Part shown: piece after piece, positions 1-9,216 of the stretch
How positions within the stretch are numbered: position 1 is the stretch's first letter
How the letters are laid out: each line of letters begins with the position of its first letter
From: Bacteriovoracaceae bacterium
GTDB taxonomy: Bacteria > Bdellovibrionota > Bacteriovoracia > Bacteriovoracales > Bacteriovoracaceae
NCBI GenBank assembly: GCA_048270185.1
Contig: JBLWTJ010000001.1
Location: 320,001 to 384,000, forward strand
DNA: 64,000 nt
Direction: 5' to 3'
Made by a program: the position numbers and the translations under genes
Notes under the pieces: generated by a model
Seen by the model: only the letters and a program-made list of their open reading frames with translations
Databases searched by the model: none
What the model was told of the DNA's origin: nothing

Positions 1-303
1 TATGAGATTGCAAAAGTTAAATCGGATGACGAAACAACTATCTCTCGTGAACGTTATGACTTTGTGCTTGTAATTGAATGTAAAATTCCAGAAGGTGACT
101 TTATGGAAGCGACTGCAGATAATTTTCCTAAATTAGACGTTGTAGGTATAGCAAGACATAAGATTGCTAAATGTATCGGAGATCAATGTCCAACTGACTC
201 GAATGCAAGGAAAAGACCTGCGCGATATAGTCCAGGGAAATTGATTGAGTTTAATATGCCGCAACCTGAGCCAGAAACACCGATAATTTTAAATACGCTA
301 TAA
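1..303 (+). CDS. hypothetical protein, 3' part (5'-truncated by window edge)
   Basis: Frame 1 is open from base 1 (YEIAKVKSDD...) to TAA at 301-303 and is followed by a terminator. Confidence 0.7.
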   Translation, partial: YEIAKVKSDDETTISRERYDFVLVIECKIPEGDFMEATADNFPKLDVVGIARHKIAKCIGDQCPTDSNARKRPARYSPGKLIEFNMPQPEPETPIILNTL

Positions 304-308
304 TATAA

Positions 309-335
309 AAAGGGCCACTTTTGGCCCTTTCTTTT
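309..335. terminator. bidirectional rho-independent terminator
   Basis: AAAGGGCCA-CTTT-TGGCCCTTT hairpin flanked by A/T runs, between convergent genes. Confidence 0.8.
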
Positions 336-1534
336 TATTCAATCCAATCATCACTTGTTTTAATCGTTCTTGGGGTCATGATATCGCCCTTATATTTTAC
401 GACTTCTGCGGCCAAATTATGGCATAGGAAGAATGGCATACTTTCAGTGAAGCCATAAGCACCACATTGAGAAAAGACTAACCAATCACCATAATCACAA
501 TCTTCTGGTAACTCGAAGATTCCAAGCTTATCAAGTGATGTGCACAGAGGCCCATGCACATGAAAGGCCTTAGTCTTATTACTGGTTCTTGCAAGCACAC
601 GACATGGAAAAGCTTGATCTGTTAAAGCTGGACGGGCAATATGATTGATTCCACCGTCTAAGACAAGTATATCTTGACCTCTGACTCGTTTTCGATCAAT
701 GACTTGGCTTAGATAGAGCCCACATTCACCAACGGCGTAGCGACCTAATTCCATCCAGATTTTGCTCAGTTGATACTTGTCCTTAAGTTTCATCAAGATC
801 TTATTAATATCTTTAAAGTCTATACGTGCGCTTTCATTTTGATATGGAATGCCAAGACCTCCACCCAGATCGATGACCTGAGCTTCAATTCCCATATTTT
901 TAGCGAGGGTGTCGATTCGCTTACAAGTGTGATCCCAAATGAGTTCTAAGCGGCTAGCTTCTAGAATATTTCCCCATTGGAAGACGTGAAAGCCAATAAC
1001 TTCTACATTTTGGTACTCACTTAAATTAACTGACTGCCAGCCTTCTTCATCAAGGCCAAAGGCCGTAATATCATCTCCACCCAGAACTGATTTTTCATTT
1101 GAATCCCATTCTAGTTGAACTCTTAGAAGACAGCGCGCTTTAATTCCAAGCTCACTTGCTTGTTCATTTAACCATTTTAATTGATAGATACTCTCGACAA
1201 CGACACAATTAATTTCGTGGTTTAATAGACTTCGAATATAACCCCTAGACTTACTTGGGCCTGTTGAGATGATGTCTTGTGGCTTCACGCCACTTGCCAC
1301 AACTTGCGATAATTCGCCTTTAGAGGCAACATCCACTCCAATCCCTAAGTTTCTAATGAGCTTAAGGATTGAAGAAAGTGGGTTGGCCTTGCAGGCATAG
1401 TAGAGCTTAATACTTTCGTCTTTATTGTCCACAATGTACTTTAGGTGCTCTTCAAGAGCGTCTAGGTCGTAGAAGTAAAAAGATGAATCAAGTCTCTTTG
1501 TTAATTTTTCTAATTCATTTTCGATATTCATCAT
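335..1534 (-). CDS. lysA: PLP-dependent fold-type III decarboxylase (diaminopimelate decarboxylase-like, atypical motifs)
   Basis: YACKAN (PLP lysine), DLGGGLG, ELGRY, GPLCT, GAYG motifs; last gene of the dap operon with TAATG coupling to dapD. Motifs differ from canonical LysA (see findings). Confidence 0.7.
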   Translation of the reverse strand: MMNIENELEKLTKRLDSSFYFYDLDALEEHLKYIVDNKDESIKLYYACKANPLSSILKLIRNLGIGVDVASKGELSQVVASGVKPQDIISTGPSKSRGYIRSLLNHEINCVVVESIYQLKWLNEQASELGIKARCLLRVQLEWDSNEKSVLGGDDITAFGLDEEGWQSVNLSEYQNVEVIGFHVFQWGNILEASRLELIWDHTCKRIDTLAKNMGIEAQVIDLGGGLGIPYQNESARIDFKDINKILMKLKDKYQLSKIWMELGRYAVGECGLYLSQVIDRKRVRGQDILVLDGGINHIARPALTDQAFPCRVLARTSNKTKAFHVHGPLCTSLDKLGIFELPEDCDYGDWLVFSQCGAYGFTESMPFFLCHNLAAEVVKYKGDIMTPRTIKTSDDWIE

Positions 1535-2295
1535 TATCTTAAAAACGCCTCTAGTTCTAATGAAGCATCAGATTTCTCATCGCGGTACTTAACGATCATG
1601 GCACAATTCATTGATAGGCCTTGCTCTTTTGCCCATGAAAGCTTGTCGTTAACTGGACGAGTTCCTGGAACAACGATGGCACCTTCTGGAATTGCTTCAC
1701 CTGGTTCAAGTCGTCTTTCATTTACACAGTCATAAACTGGCACACCCTTTGAAAGAATTACTCCTGGGGCGATAACTGCACGCTTTAGAACTTGGATGCC
1801 TTCTACGATAACAGCTCCGGCACCAATGAAAGCGTCATCTTCAATAATAACTGGTGCAAGACCGATTGGCTCGAGAACACCACCAATTTGAACACCTGCA
1901 CTTAAGTGGACATTCTTTCCAATTTGAGCACATGAGCCAACAAGGGCGTGTGAGTCAACCATTGTTCCTTCGTCAACGTAGGCTCCAATATTGATATAAG
2001 CAGGTGGCATAATGATAACTCCGCTTGCGACATAGGCTCCACGACGAACACTTGAGCCACCTGGGACCATACGTACGCCACGGTCTACTGTGAATTTCTG
2101 TGCTGGAATATTGTGTTTATCAACGAAGCCAGGCCATCCAAATTCATCTTGTTCAACATTCTTTCCTGCTTTAAAAACTTCAAGAATCATCTGCTTTACT
2201 TCGGTATTTGCCTGCCAAACACCATCAATCTTAGATGCTGATCTTAGTGTTCCGCTTTCTAATCCAATTAAAATTTCTTCGACTGTTTTCGTCAT
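1534..2295 (-). CDS. dapD: tetrahydrodipicolinate N-succinyltransferase
   Basis: Hexapeptide repeats; [40 protein letters not shown]; operon context. Confidence 0.92.
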   Translation of the reverse strand: MTKTVEEILIGLESGTLRSASKIDGVWQANTEVKQMILEVFKAGKNVEQDEFGWPGFVDKHNIPAQKFTVDRGVRMVPGGSSVRRGAYVASGVIIMPPAYINIGAYVDEGTMVDSHALVGSCAQIGKNVHLSAGVQIGGVLEPIGLAPVIIEDDAFIGAGAVIVEGIQVLKRAVIAPGVILSKGVPVYDCVNERRLEPGEAIPEGAIVVPGTRPVNDKLSWAKEQGLSMNCAMIVKYRDEKSDASLELEAFLR

Positions 2296-3191
2296 TATGC
2301 TTTACTCCATTTTAAAATTTTCTCATTCATATTTCTTACGATACTTTCGCTTTTCATGTCTTTAATTGAAAGAGGAGGTCTTAGGGCCGCTGAGCCAATT
2401 ACTCCTTGCTCCTTCATAAGCCATTTTACTGGAACAGGATTTGAAGCAACAAACATTGAATTACTTGCTTCAACCCACATATTCTTTTCTTCATCACTTA
2501 ACTCATTAGTTAAACAAGCTTTTGTGTAGGCGTGAGTTTGAGTCGGCCATGCATTTGAGGCCACAGAAACAAGACCTTTTGCTCCAAGAGGTGTAAATTC
2601 TGGAAGAAGGGCATCGTCACCGCTGTAAACTCGTCCTTGTGGCCCTGCAGCTTCAACGTACTTTGCAAAGCACTCTGGTGAACCGCTAGCTTCTTTAATG
2701 GCCCAAAAGGCCTTGTGCTTACTAAGTCTTTTAACCGCTTCATAAGAGAGGCTTGCTCCTGCTCGACCTGGCACATTGTAGAGCATAACAGGCTTATTTG
2801 AGACATCCATGAGGGTTTTAAACCACTCGTACTGACCTTCATCACCAGGCTTTGCATAAAGCGGTGTTACGAAAAGATAAGCATCGATAGCAAGCCCATC
2901 TAAGTATGAAACCCATTCACAAGTATCTGTTAAGTTGATGCCACCAACACCGCACATGATAGGTGATTTAAGGCCTAGATCGAGAACGAAATTTAAAATA
3001 TTCTTTCTTTCTTCTAGGTTTAGATTTAGCGCCTCACCAGTTGAGCCAAGAATTAAAATTCCGTTTCCGGCCTCATCTTGATCTCTTAGAATTCTCTCTA
3101 GCGAATCGAGGTCTATGGTTAGGTCTTCGTTTAAAGGTGTAACAACGGCAGTCCACAGGGGAGTTGAGTTGATAAAATCATGATTAGACAT
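2295..3191 (-). CDS. dapA: 4-hydroxy-tetrahydrodipicolinate synthase
   Basis: [30 protein letters not shown] motifs. Confidence 0.95.
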   Translation of the reverse strand: MSNHDFINSTPLWTAVVTPLNEDLTIDLDSLERILRDQDEAGNGILILGSTGEALNLNLEERKNILNFVLDLGLKSPIMCGVGGINLTDTCEWVSYLDGLAIDAYLFVTPLYAKPGDEGQYEWFKTLMDVSNKPVMLYNVPGRAGASLSYEAVKRLSKHKAFWAIKEASGSPECFAKYVEAAGPQGRVYSGDDALLPEFTPLGAKGLVSVASNAWPTQTHAYTKACLTNELSDEEKNMWVEASNSMFVASNPVPVKWLMKEQGVIGSAALRPPLSIKDMKSESIVRNMNEKILKWSKA

Positions 3192-3206
3192 ATATTCTCC
3201 TTAAAT

Positions 3207-3905
3207 TTAAATTTCTTCTCTAATAACTTGAATCGCAATATCACTAAAGTCGTGCAGTCCAGGGCTAAGTCCTTTAACACGACGACATGCCCATAGAGCA
3301 CCACTGGCAAAGATGCGACGATCTTTTGCTTCATGCTTTAAAGTGATTAATTCATTTGGTGTATCGATCGTTAGCTCATGAACTCCGATAACATCACCAA
3401 TTCTTTCACTTGTTATTTGTGTTGTCTCGTCATGGCCAAGCCATTCATTCCAGGAAAGGGCAGTTCCACTAGGAGCATCAAGTTTCTTAGTATGGTGAAT
3501 TTCATTAATATGATACTTGATATCTCCTTGGTTAAAGAGAGTGTACGCCTTTGAGGCAATATTAATCATCTCCTTGGCCAAGTTCATGCCTAGACTAAAA
3601 TTAGTGGCCTTGATCCATGCAGCATTTGATGACTTAATTTCTTCTCTCATTTCATTAGTCCATTCAAAACCAGTAGAACCACAAACTACGCAGATTCCTG
3701 AGGTTTTTAATAATTCATAATATGAGTCAAGAAAGACATCACCATTTAGAAAAGAGAGGACGAGATCAAATCCATTAAGAACATCTTTCTTTAAGGGATT
3801 TTTAGAATCAAAAACCGTTAATTCAATATCTGAATTTTCAGCTAATTCACAAAGTTCAATGACCTTTGATCCTGTTTTTCCTTTTCCAAGAAGCGCAATT
3901 TTCAT
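3207..3905 (-). CDS. dapB: 4-hydroxy-tetrahydrodipicolinate reductase
   Basis: N-terminal Rossmann GKGKTG, GSTG, NFSLG, EIHHTKKLDAPSGTA. Confidence 0.95.
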   Translation of the reverse strand: MKIALLGKGKTGSKVIELCELAENSDIELTVFDSKNPLKKDVLNGFDLVLSFLNGDVFLDSYYELLKTSGICVVCGSTGFEWTNEMREEIKSSNAAWIKATNFSLGMNLAKEMINIASKAYTLFNQGDIKYHINEIHHTKKLDAPSGTALSWNEWLGHDETTQITSERIGDVIGVHELTIDTPNELITLKHEAKDRRIFASGALWACRRVKGLSPGLHDFSDIAIQVIREEI

Positions 3906-5281
3906 TAAATAAATTCCTTATGTAATTTTTGAATCACTTCATCAGCATCATTTGCATCCACTAAGAAGCAGAAATTATGCTTACTTGCTCCCAGACAGAT
4001 CATGCGAACATTTGTCCCAGTAATTGAATTAAAAATTCTTTTTGCAATATCTGGTGTGTGATTAATATCATTTCCGATAAGACTTACTAGTGTAAGGCCC
4101 TTTTCTACTTTTACAGAACATAACTCAGATAAACGATCAATCATCTTATTATTTAGAAGTGCTGAATCATCAATTGTTAGTGCAACTGAAATTTCAGATG
4201 TCGTGATTGAGTCAATACTCACTTTGAAATCATTAAATATTTTAAAAATCTCATATAAGAAACCATGCGCTTGTAGCATCTTTGGTGTTGATAATGTCAC
4301 AAGCGATTGTTCACGTCTTAAGGCCATGGCACGGATCATTGGAGCAGAGTTTGTTTCGTTCTTAATCCATGTTCCTGGCTCATCAGGCTCGTAACTTGAG
4401 CCCACAAAGACCTTGATTCCAGCTCTTAATGCCGGAGTCAAGGTCGTTGGGTGAAGTATCTTAGCACCAAAAGTTGCAAGTTCTGCAGCTTCAGAGAATG
4501 TAATTTCATTTAATAATTTTGCTTCTTTTACGATTCTTGGATCTGTCGTGGCTATACCTGCAACATCTGTCCATATTTGAAGTGTATCAGCACCCATTCC
4601 TTCTGCAATAAGGGCCGCTGAATAATCTGATCCACCGCGACCTAGTGTTGTCGTTAATCCTTCTTCAGTTGAGCCAATGAAGCCTTGTGATACATAGACA
4701 ATGTCGCCGTATTTAGCGTTGATTAAGTATTGCTGGGATTGTTTTGAAATTTCTTCAATATTAGGCGTTGCTTGCATAAAGCGATCATCAGTCTTTAAAA
4801 CATTTCTGATATCAAAGAATTCAACTTTCTTATCAGTGTTGGCCTCTTGGTGTATTTTGCCAAGAACTTCGCTGAAAATAAGTGATGAGAGTCTTTCTCC
4901 AAGGCTTACAAGTGAGTCATAGGCCCTATCGGAACACTCTCTTAAAAGGAGCATACCTTGGGCGATCATATTTATTTCACCAAGTAGTTCTGCTACATCA
5001 TTTCTTAATGCTTCCGAGGCATTCATATCATTTAGTATTGAATGATGTTTCTTTGTGATCTCTTCAATTAGTGAATGGACCTCTTCTTTTTTATCTTCAC
5101 CCAATGGAGCAATCTTTGAGATATCTACAAGTAGATTTGTGACTCCATATACGGCCGAGACAATAACCATATTAGCATTCTTGCTTACGCTAATTTGTGC
5201 ACTTCTTATCATGGCCTCAAGATTGGCCATTGATGAACCACCAAATTTCGCAACAATAACTTCATTTGTTGAGTTTTCCAT
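3905..5281 (-). CDS. lysC: lysine-sensitive aspartokinase III
   Basis: KFGGSS, TLGRGGSDYSA, WTDVAGI, FGAKILHP, two ACT domains (TTSEISVALT); downstream of a lysine riboswitch. Confidence 0.95.
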   Translation of the reverse strand: MENSTNEVIVAKFGGSSMANLEAMIRSAQISVSKNANMVIVSAVYGVTNLLVDISKIAPLGEDKKEEVHSLIEEITKKHHSILNDMNASEALRNDVAELLGEINMIAQGMLLLRECSDRAYDSLVSLGERLSSLIFSEVLGKIHQEANTDKKVEFFDIRNVLKTDDRFMQATPNIEEISKQSQQYLINAKYGDIVYVSQGFIGSTEEGLTTTLGRGGSDYSAALIAEGMGADTLQIWTDVAGIATTDPRIVKEAKLLNEITFSEAAELATFGAKILHPTTLTPALRAGIKVFVGSSYEPDEPGTWIKNETNSAPMIRAMALRREQSLVTLSTPKMLQAHGFLYEIFKIFNDFKVSIDSITTSEISVALTIDDSALLNNKMIDRLSELCSVKVEKGLTLVSLIGNDINHTPDIAKRIFNSITGTNVRMICLGASKHNFCFLVDANDADEVIQKLHKEFI

Positions 5282-5395
5282 AAAACCTTTTTCCGTTTAA
5301 AAAAATTAAGACAATTGTATGAGGCGCAGATGATAAATGCAAAAAAAGATTGGCCGACGAATTCACTATGAAATAGGGCATGGCCTTGCATTTAC

Positions 5396-5591
5396 CTGAA
5401 GCGCTCCATCAATAATCTTAATACTTTCTTAAGTTAAAATTATTAATGACAATCCTAAGGCTTCTCCCTTAGTGACCAACAAAGCTCGCTGCACAAACAG
5501 GCTTTGTTTCGGCAAGGCTTCCATGGTGCTGACTGATAACGGATAAGTTGTGCGTCCTCGTCAACATTTACTAAGCAATGCTCCTCTTCAG
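5396..5591 (-). ncRNA. lysine riboswitch (L-box)
   Basis: The minus strand reads CTGAAGAGGAGC...AGTA...GGAAG...TTGCCGAA...TTGGTC...GATTGTCA...TGATGGAGCGCTTCAG, the conserved L-box blocks in order. P1 is CTGAAG/CTTCAG, about 115 nt upstream of lysC. Confidence 0.92.
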
Positions 5592-5676
5592 TTAATAATA
5601 GTAGTGTATAGACACATTGATGTCTATACTTTTATAATTTGTAGCGTAATTTTAATTTCAAAAATCCGGAGTAAAG

Positions 5677-6774
5677 ATGAAGAAAGTAGGAATAGTCGGT
5701 TGGCGTGGAATGGTTGGTTCTGTTCTACTTGAAAGAATGGAAATCGAAGGGGATTTTGCAAAAATCGATCCGTACTTCTTCTCGACTTCACAGGCCGGAC
5801 AAGCTGGTCCACTTATTTATAATGCAACACATACGCTACGAGATGCTAATAGTGTTGAAGAGCTAGCTGATATGGATATTATTATTTCATGTCAGGGTGG
5901 AGATTATACAAAAGACATTCGCCCAAAACTAGAAAGTGTTAATTGGCAAGGTTATTGGATTGATGCTGCTTCAGCTAAGCGCATGGATGATGATTCACTA
6001 ATTATCCTTGATCCAGTCAATAAGAATATTATTGATGAAGCACTAAACAAAGGTATCAAAAACTTTGTGGGTGGAAATTGTACTGTAAGCTTAATGCTTA
6101 TGGGAATCGGTGGCCTCTTTCAGGAAGGTTTAGTTGAATGGATGAGCTCAATGTCTTATCAGGCCGCTTCTGGTGGCGGAGCTAGGCATATGAAAGAGCT
6201 TCTAACTCAAATGAACATTATTGGAAAAATGGCCGAACCGCTAATGGAAGGGCCAATTCTCCAATTAGATTCAACGATTTCAAATCTTCTAAAAAGCGGT
6301 GATCTAAATAGTGATTGCTTTGGAACACCACTTGCGCTTAACCTCATTCCATGGATTGATACTCTTGTTGAAGAAGGACAAACTCGTGAGGAATGGAAGG
6401 CCTTTAGTGAAACAAATAAAATTCTTGGAAGACAAGATAATCCAATTGCCATTGACGGTACTTGCGTTCGTGTTGGGGCCCTTCGTTCACATTCTCAAGC
6501 ACTGACAATTAAGCTTAATAAGTCAGTTGATATTAGAACAATTGAAGACATGATTAAAAACTTCTCTGAGTTTACTGAATTTGTTGAGAACACACCTGAA
6601 GCGACACGTGAGAAATTAAACCCTCGCTACGTTTCAGGAACTCTTAAAACAACAGTTGGTCGCGTTCGTAAAATGAAAATGGGCGATGATTTCTTAAATA
6701 TCTTCACTTCTGGAGATCAGCTTCTATGGGGAGCGGCCGAGCCACTTAGAAGAATGTTAAATATTGTGTTATAA
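5677..6774 (+). CDS. asd: aspartate-semialdehyde dehydrogenase (E. coli-type)
   Basis: VGWRGMVGSVL, CQGGDYT, WIDAAS, GGNCTVSLML, SYQAASGGGA, GDQLLWGAAEP. Confidence 0.97.
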   Translation: MKKVGIVGWRGMVGSVLLERMEIEGDFAKIDPYFFSTSQAGQAGPLIYNATHTLRDANSVEELADMDIIISCQGGDYTKDIRPKLESVNWQGYWIDAASAKRMDDDSLIILDPVNKNIIDEALNKGIKNFVGGNCTVSLMLMGIGGLFQEGLVEWMSSMSYQAASGGGARHMKELLTQMNIIGKMAEPLMEGPILQLDSTISNLLKSGDLNSDCFGTPLALNLIPWIDTLVEEGQTREEWKAFSETNKILGRQDNPIAIDGTCVRVGALRSHSQALTIKLNKSVDIRTIEDMIKNFSEFTEFVENTPEATREKLNPRYVSGTLKTTVGRVRKMKMGDDFLNIFTSGDQLLWGAAEPLRRMLNIVL

Positions 6775-6783
6775 AAGATATAT

Positions 6784-7533
6784 ATGGAATTAGATTATAA
6801 GAAATTAGTAAATGACTTTTATGAGAATGGCTTCTGTATTGTTGAGGGGCTATTCGATCACAATGATATAGAGAAGATAAAGCGCTCTTTTGATAATCTC
6901 TACCAAGCATCGACAACAATTAATGATACACAAATGCTTAAACTTGCTCAATTTGTCTTTGATAAGGAAGCTCTCAATCGCATCGTTTGGTGCGGAGGTT
7001 ATGACGAACATCTCTTAGATGTTGGTGCAGATGCGCGAATTACAAAAATTGTGGCAAGTATCTTAGATTCTGATGAAATGGTTCAATTGATTAATCAGGC
7101 CCACTTCAAGCTGCCTGGTCAAATTGTCGAGTTTAAATGGCATCAAGATAGTGAACACCGTCGCTACGGAACAGATATGTGGGAAGATGTGGATGGACGT
7201 GGAAGCTATGTGCAATCTGTTATGGCCATTGATGATATGAACTCCCTAAATGGGCCACTTAAGTTTATTCCAAAATCACATCGACAAGGACACTTAAACT
7301 ATAAGGAAGATCCAAGTATTATTGAAGATTTACTGGCAAAGATTCCACCAATCGACTTAAAGCTTAAGGCCGGAGATGTTGCCTTCTTTGGCCCATATAC
7401 ATTTCACTCTTCAAGCTTAAATAAAACAGATTCACCAAGACGTGTTCTTATTAATGGTTACGCACAGCCAGGAGCTAATAAGCGCGAGTACCCAGGGGCC
7501 GGACTTGGCCGAAATATAAAAGTCGAAATTTAA
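6784..7533 (+). CDS. phytanoyl-CoA dioxygenase (PhyH)-family 2OG-Fe(II) oxygenase
   Basis: WHQD...H facial triad (WHQDSE, TFHSS), NGPLKFIPKSH, distal R; 9 bp after asd. Confidence 0.85.
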   Translation: MELDYKKLVNDFYENGFCIVEGLFDHNDIEKIKRSFDNLYQASTTINDTQMLKLAQFVFDKEALNRIVWCGGYDEHLLDVGADARITKIVASILDSDEMVQLINQAHFKLPGQIVEFKWHQDSEHRRYGTDMWEDVDGRGSYVQSVMAIDDMNSLNGPLKFIPKSHRQGHLNYKEDPSIIEDLLAKIPPIDLKLKAGDVAFFGPYTFHSSSLNKTDSPRRVLINGYAQPGANKREYPGAGLGRNIKVEI

Positions 7534-7590
7534 GATCAATTCATAAGATTTTTATACTGACTTCGCTATACTCAGAGCAAAGGAGTCATT

Positions 7591-7773
7591 ATGAAATTAC
7601 AGTACTTGGCCATTGCCGTTATTGTCACATGGGTTCTTACGGTAACATATCTTGTAACTAGTAATACGCCGCCTGAACGTGGGCCAGCTTCTAATCCTAT
7701 ACAAGATTCTGAGGCCCTTGAACACGATATTCAAAAGCCTCAAGAGTTTCAGCCAGGCTACGACTTAAGGTAG
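7591..7773 (+). CDS. small hypothetical membrane/secreted protein
   Basis: Strong RBS AAGGAG; hydrophobic N-terminus. Confidence 0.6.
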   Translation: MKLQYLAIAVIVTWVLTVTYLVTSNTPPERGPASNPIQDSEALEHDIQKPQEFQPGYDLR

Positions 7774-9122
7774 CGACTGAAGTATTGGTCTAATTTGTGC
7801 TTAACTTTTGGTGCTAGCCAAATGGTAGCAATCATATTCGGCACCGCCATCAGCGCAAAACCAATATCCATTGCATTAACCATATCATCTGGTGCAGAGA
7901 TTGCTCCCATTAGAACAGTACCGGCATAGAATAGGGCAAAGGTAAGTCTCGCACCAATAATCGGAATTCCCCCAAAGAGAAAATCCCAACACTTCTCACA
8001 GTAGTTTGAAGAGCCAATAACTGTTGAAAGAGCAAAGAGAATGATAGAAATTCCTAATAAGTGTGAGCCCATCATTCCAAAGTTTTTAACAAAGGCCATT
8101 TGGGTAATAAGTACACCATTACTTCCTTGTAACTCACTTGGACTAAGAGAGCTAAGAATTACAATTGAAGTCATGGTACAAACGATAATTGTATCAATAA
8201 ATGGTCCAACCATGGCCACTAGACCTTCTGCAATTGGCTCACTTGTTTTAGCATTTCCGTGTGCCATTGGTGCAGAACCTACACCTGCTTCATTTGAATA
8301 AGTTGCTCTTTTAATCCCTGTTTTAAAAATATGAAGTACAGCAAGTCCTTCAGCACCACCAATGGCAGCTCGTCCATTAAAAGCCTCTTTAAATATTAGG
8401 GCAAATACATCTGCAACATTAGCAAGATTCATAAAGATGATAACAAGGGCACTGCCTACGTAGAGAATACACATGGCCGGAACAAGTTTTGATGTCGCTT
8501 CACCAATGCGCTTAACTCCACCCATAAGGATATAGACAAGGAGACCCGCTGAAATAAGACCAGTTATATAGGTTGGTATTTCATAATTAGACTCAATAAA
8601 TGTCGCCATTTGATTAGTATTGAAAACTCCAAGTGATCCAATTAAACCTGCAAGTGCAAAGAAGTAAGCAAGAAAGTGCATATACTTAGGTAGACCCTCT
8701 AAGATGGTATACATTGGCCCACCTTGAATTTCTCCGTGGTGGTCTTTTCTTCTAAACATGACGGCAAGAGTACATTCAAAGAATTTTGTATTCATCCCAA
8801 GAAGAGCACCTACCCACATCCAAAAGATTGCCCCTGGGCCCCCCTGTGAAATCGCAACTGCAACACCGGCGACATTTCCCATCCCGACTGTTGAGGAGAG
8901 TGCATTTGTCAGTGCCTTAAAGTGAGAAATCTGACCTTGAGATTCGTCATCATGCTTGTGATGAAATTTACCTGAAATAAGTTTGAAGGCATGAATAAAG
9001 CCTCTTAGAGTCTTAAAACGTGAGATGGCAACTAAGTAGAGTCCGCCGCCAAGCAAGAGAATGATTAGGGGTAATCCCCACACAATTTCAACCGTTTCAG
9101 CAAGAAATGCGGAAAGACTCAT
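7758..9122 (-). CDS. alanine/glycine:cation symporter (AGCS family)
   Basis: VGMGNVAGVAVAI..GGPGAIFWMW, GGPMY, SNEAGVGSAPMAH. Start moved to ATG 9122 (RBS AAAGGA). Confidence 0.92.
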   Translation of the reverse strand: MSLSAFLAETVEIVWGLPLIILLLGGGLYLVAISRFKTLRGFIHAFKLISGKFHHKHDDESQGQISHFKALTNALSSTVGMGNVAGVAVAISQGGPGAIFWMWVGALLGMNTKFFECTLAVMFRRKDHHGEIQGGPMYTILEGLPKYMHFLAYFFALAGLIGSLGVFNTNQMATFIESNYEIPTYITGLISAGLLVYILMGGVKRIGEATSKLVPAMCILYVGSALVIIFMNLANVADVFALIFKEAFNGRAAIGGAEGLAVLHIFKTGIKRATYSNEAGVGSAPMAHGNAKTSEPIAEGLVAMVGPFIDTIIVCTMTSIVILSSLSPSELQGSNGVLITQMAFVKNFGMMGSHLLGISIILFALSTVIGSSNYCEKCWDFLFGGIPIIGARLTFALFYAGTVLMGAISAPDDMVNAMDIGFALMAVPNMIATIWLAPKVKHKLDQYFSRYLKS

Positions 9123-9164
9123 GATAATCCTTTGAAAATAGTAATAATTCAAATTTTTCCATAT

Positions 9165-9180
9165 TGGCACTCATGTTGCA
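9165..9180 (+). promoter_or_regulatory. sigma54 (-24/-12) promoter
   Basis: TGGCAC-TCATG-TTGCA matches the consensus TGGCAC-N5-TTGCW; 36 bp upstream of the 1134-aa ORF. Confidence 0.75.
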
Positions 9181-9216
9181 ACTAATATCAATAAGAAGCA
9201 ATGAGAGAGGTATAAG

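Noticed and set aside
2090..5300. Short ORFs antisense to or nested in dap genes, and the many similar 60-115 aa ORFs across the track
   Set aside because: They are shadows of well-supported genes, with no RBS or recognisable motifs.
5209..5812. ORFs 5209-5391, 5550-5732 and 5624-5812 as leader peptides
   Set aside because: They overlap the riboswitch, lysC or asd and lack a convincing Lys-codon control run; the riboswitch already explains the region.
6784..7533. Calling the dioxygenase ectoine hydroxylase (ectD)
   Set aside because: It lacks the EctD signature FxWHSDFETWHxEDG, and no ect genes are nearby.
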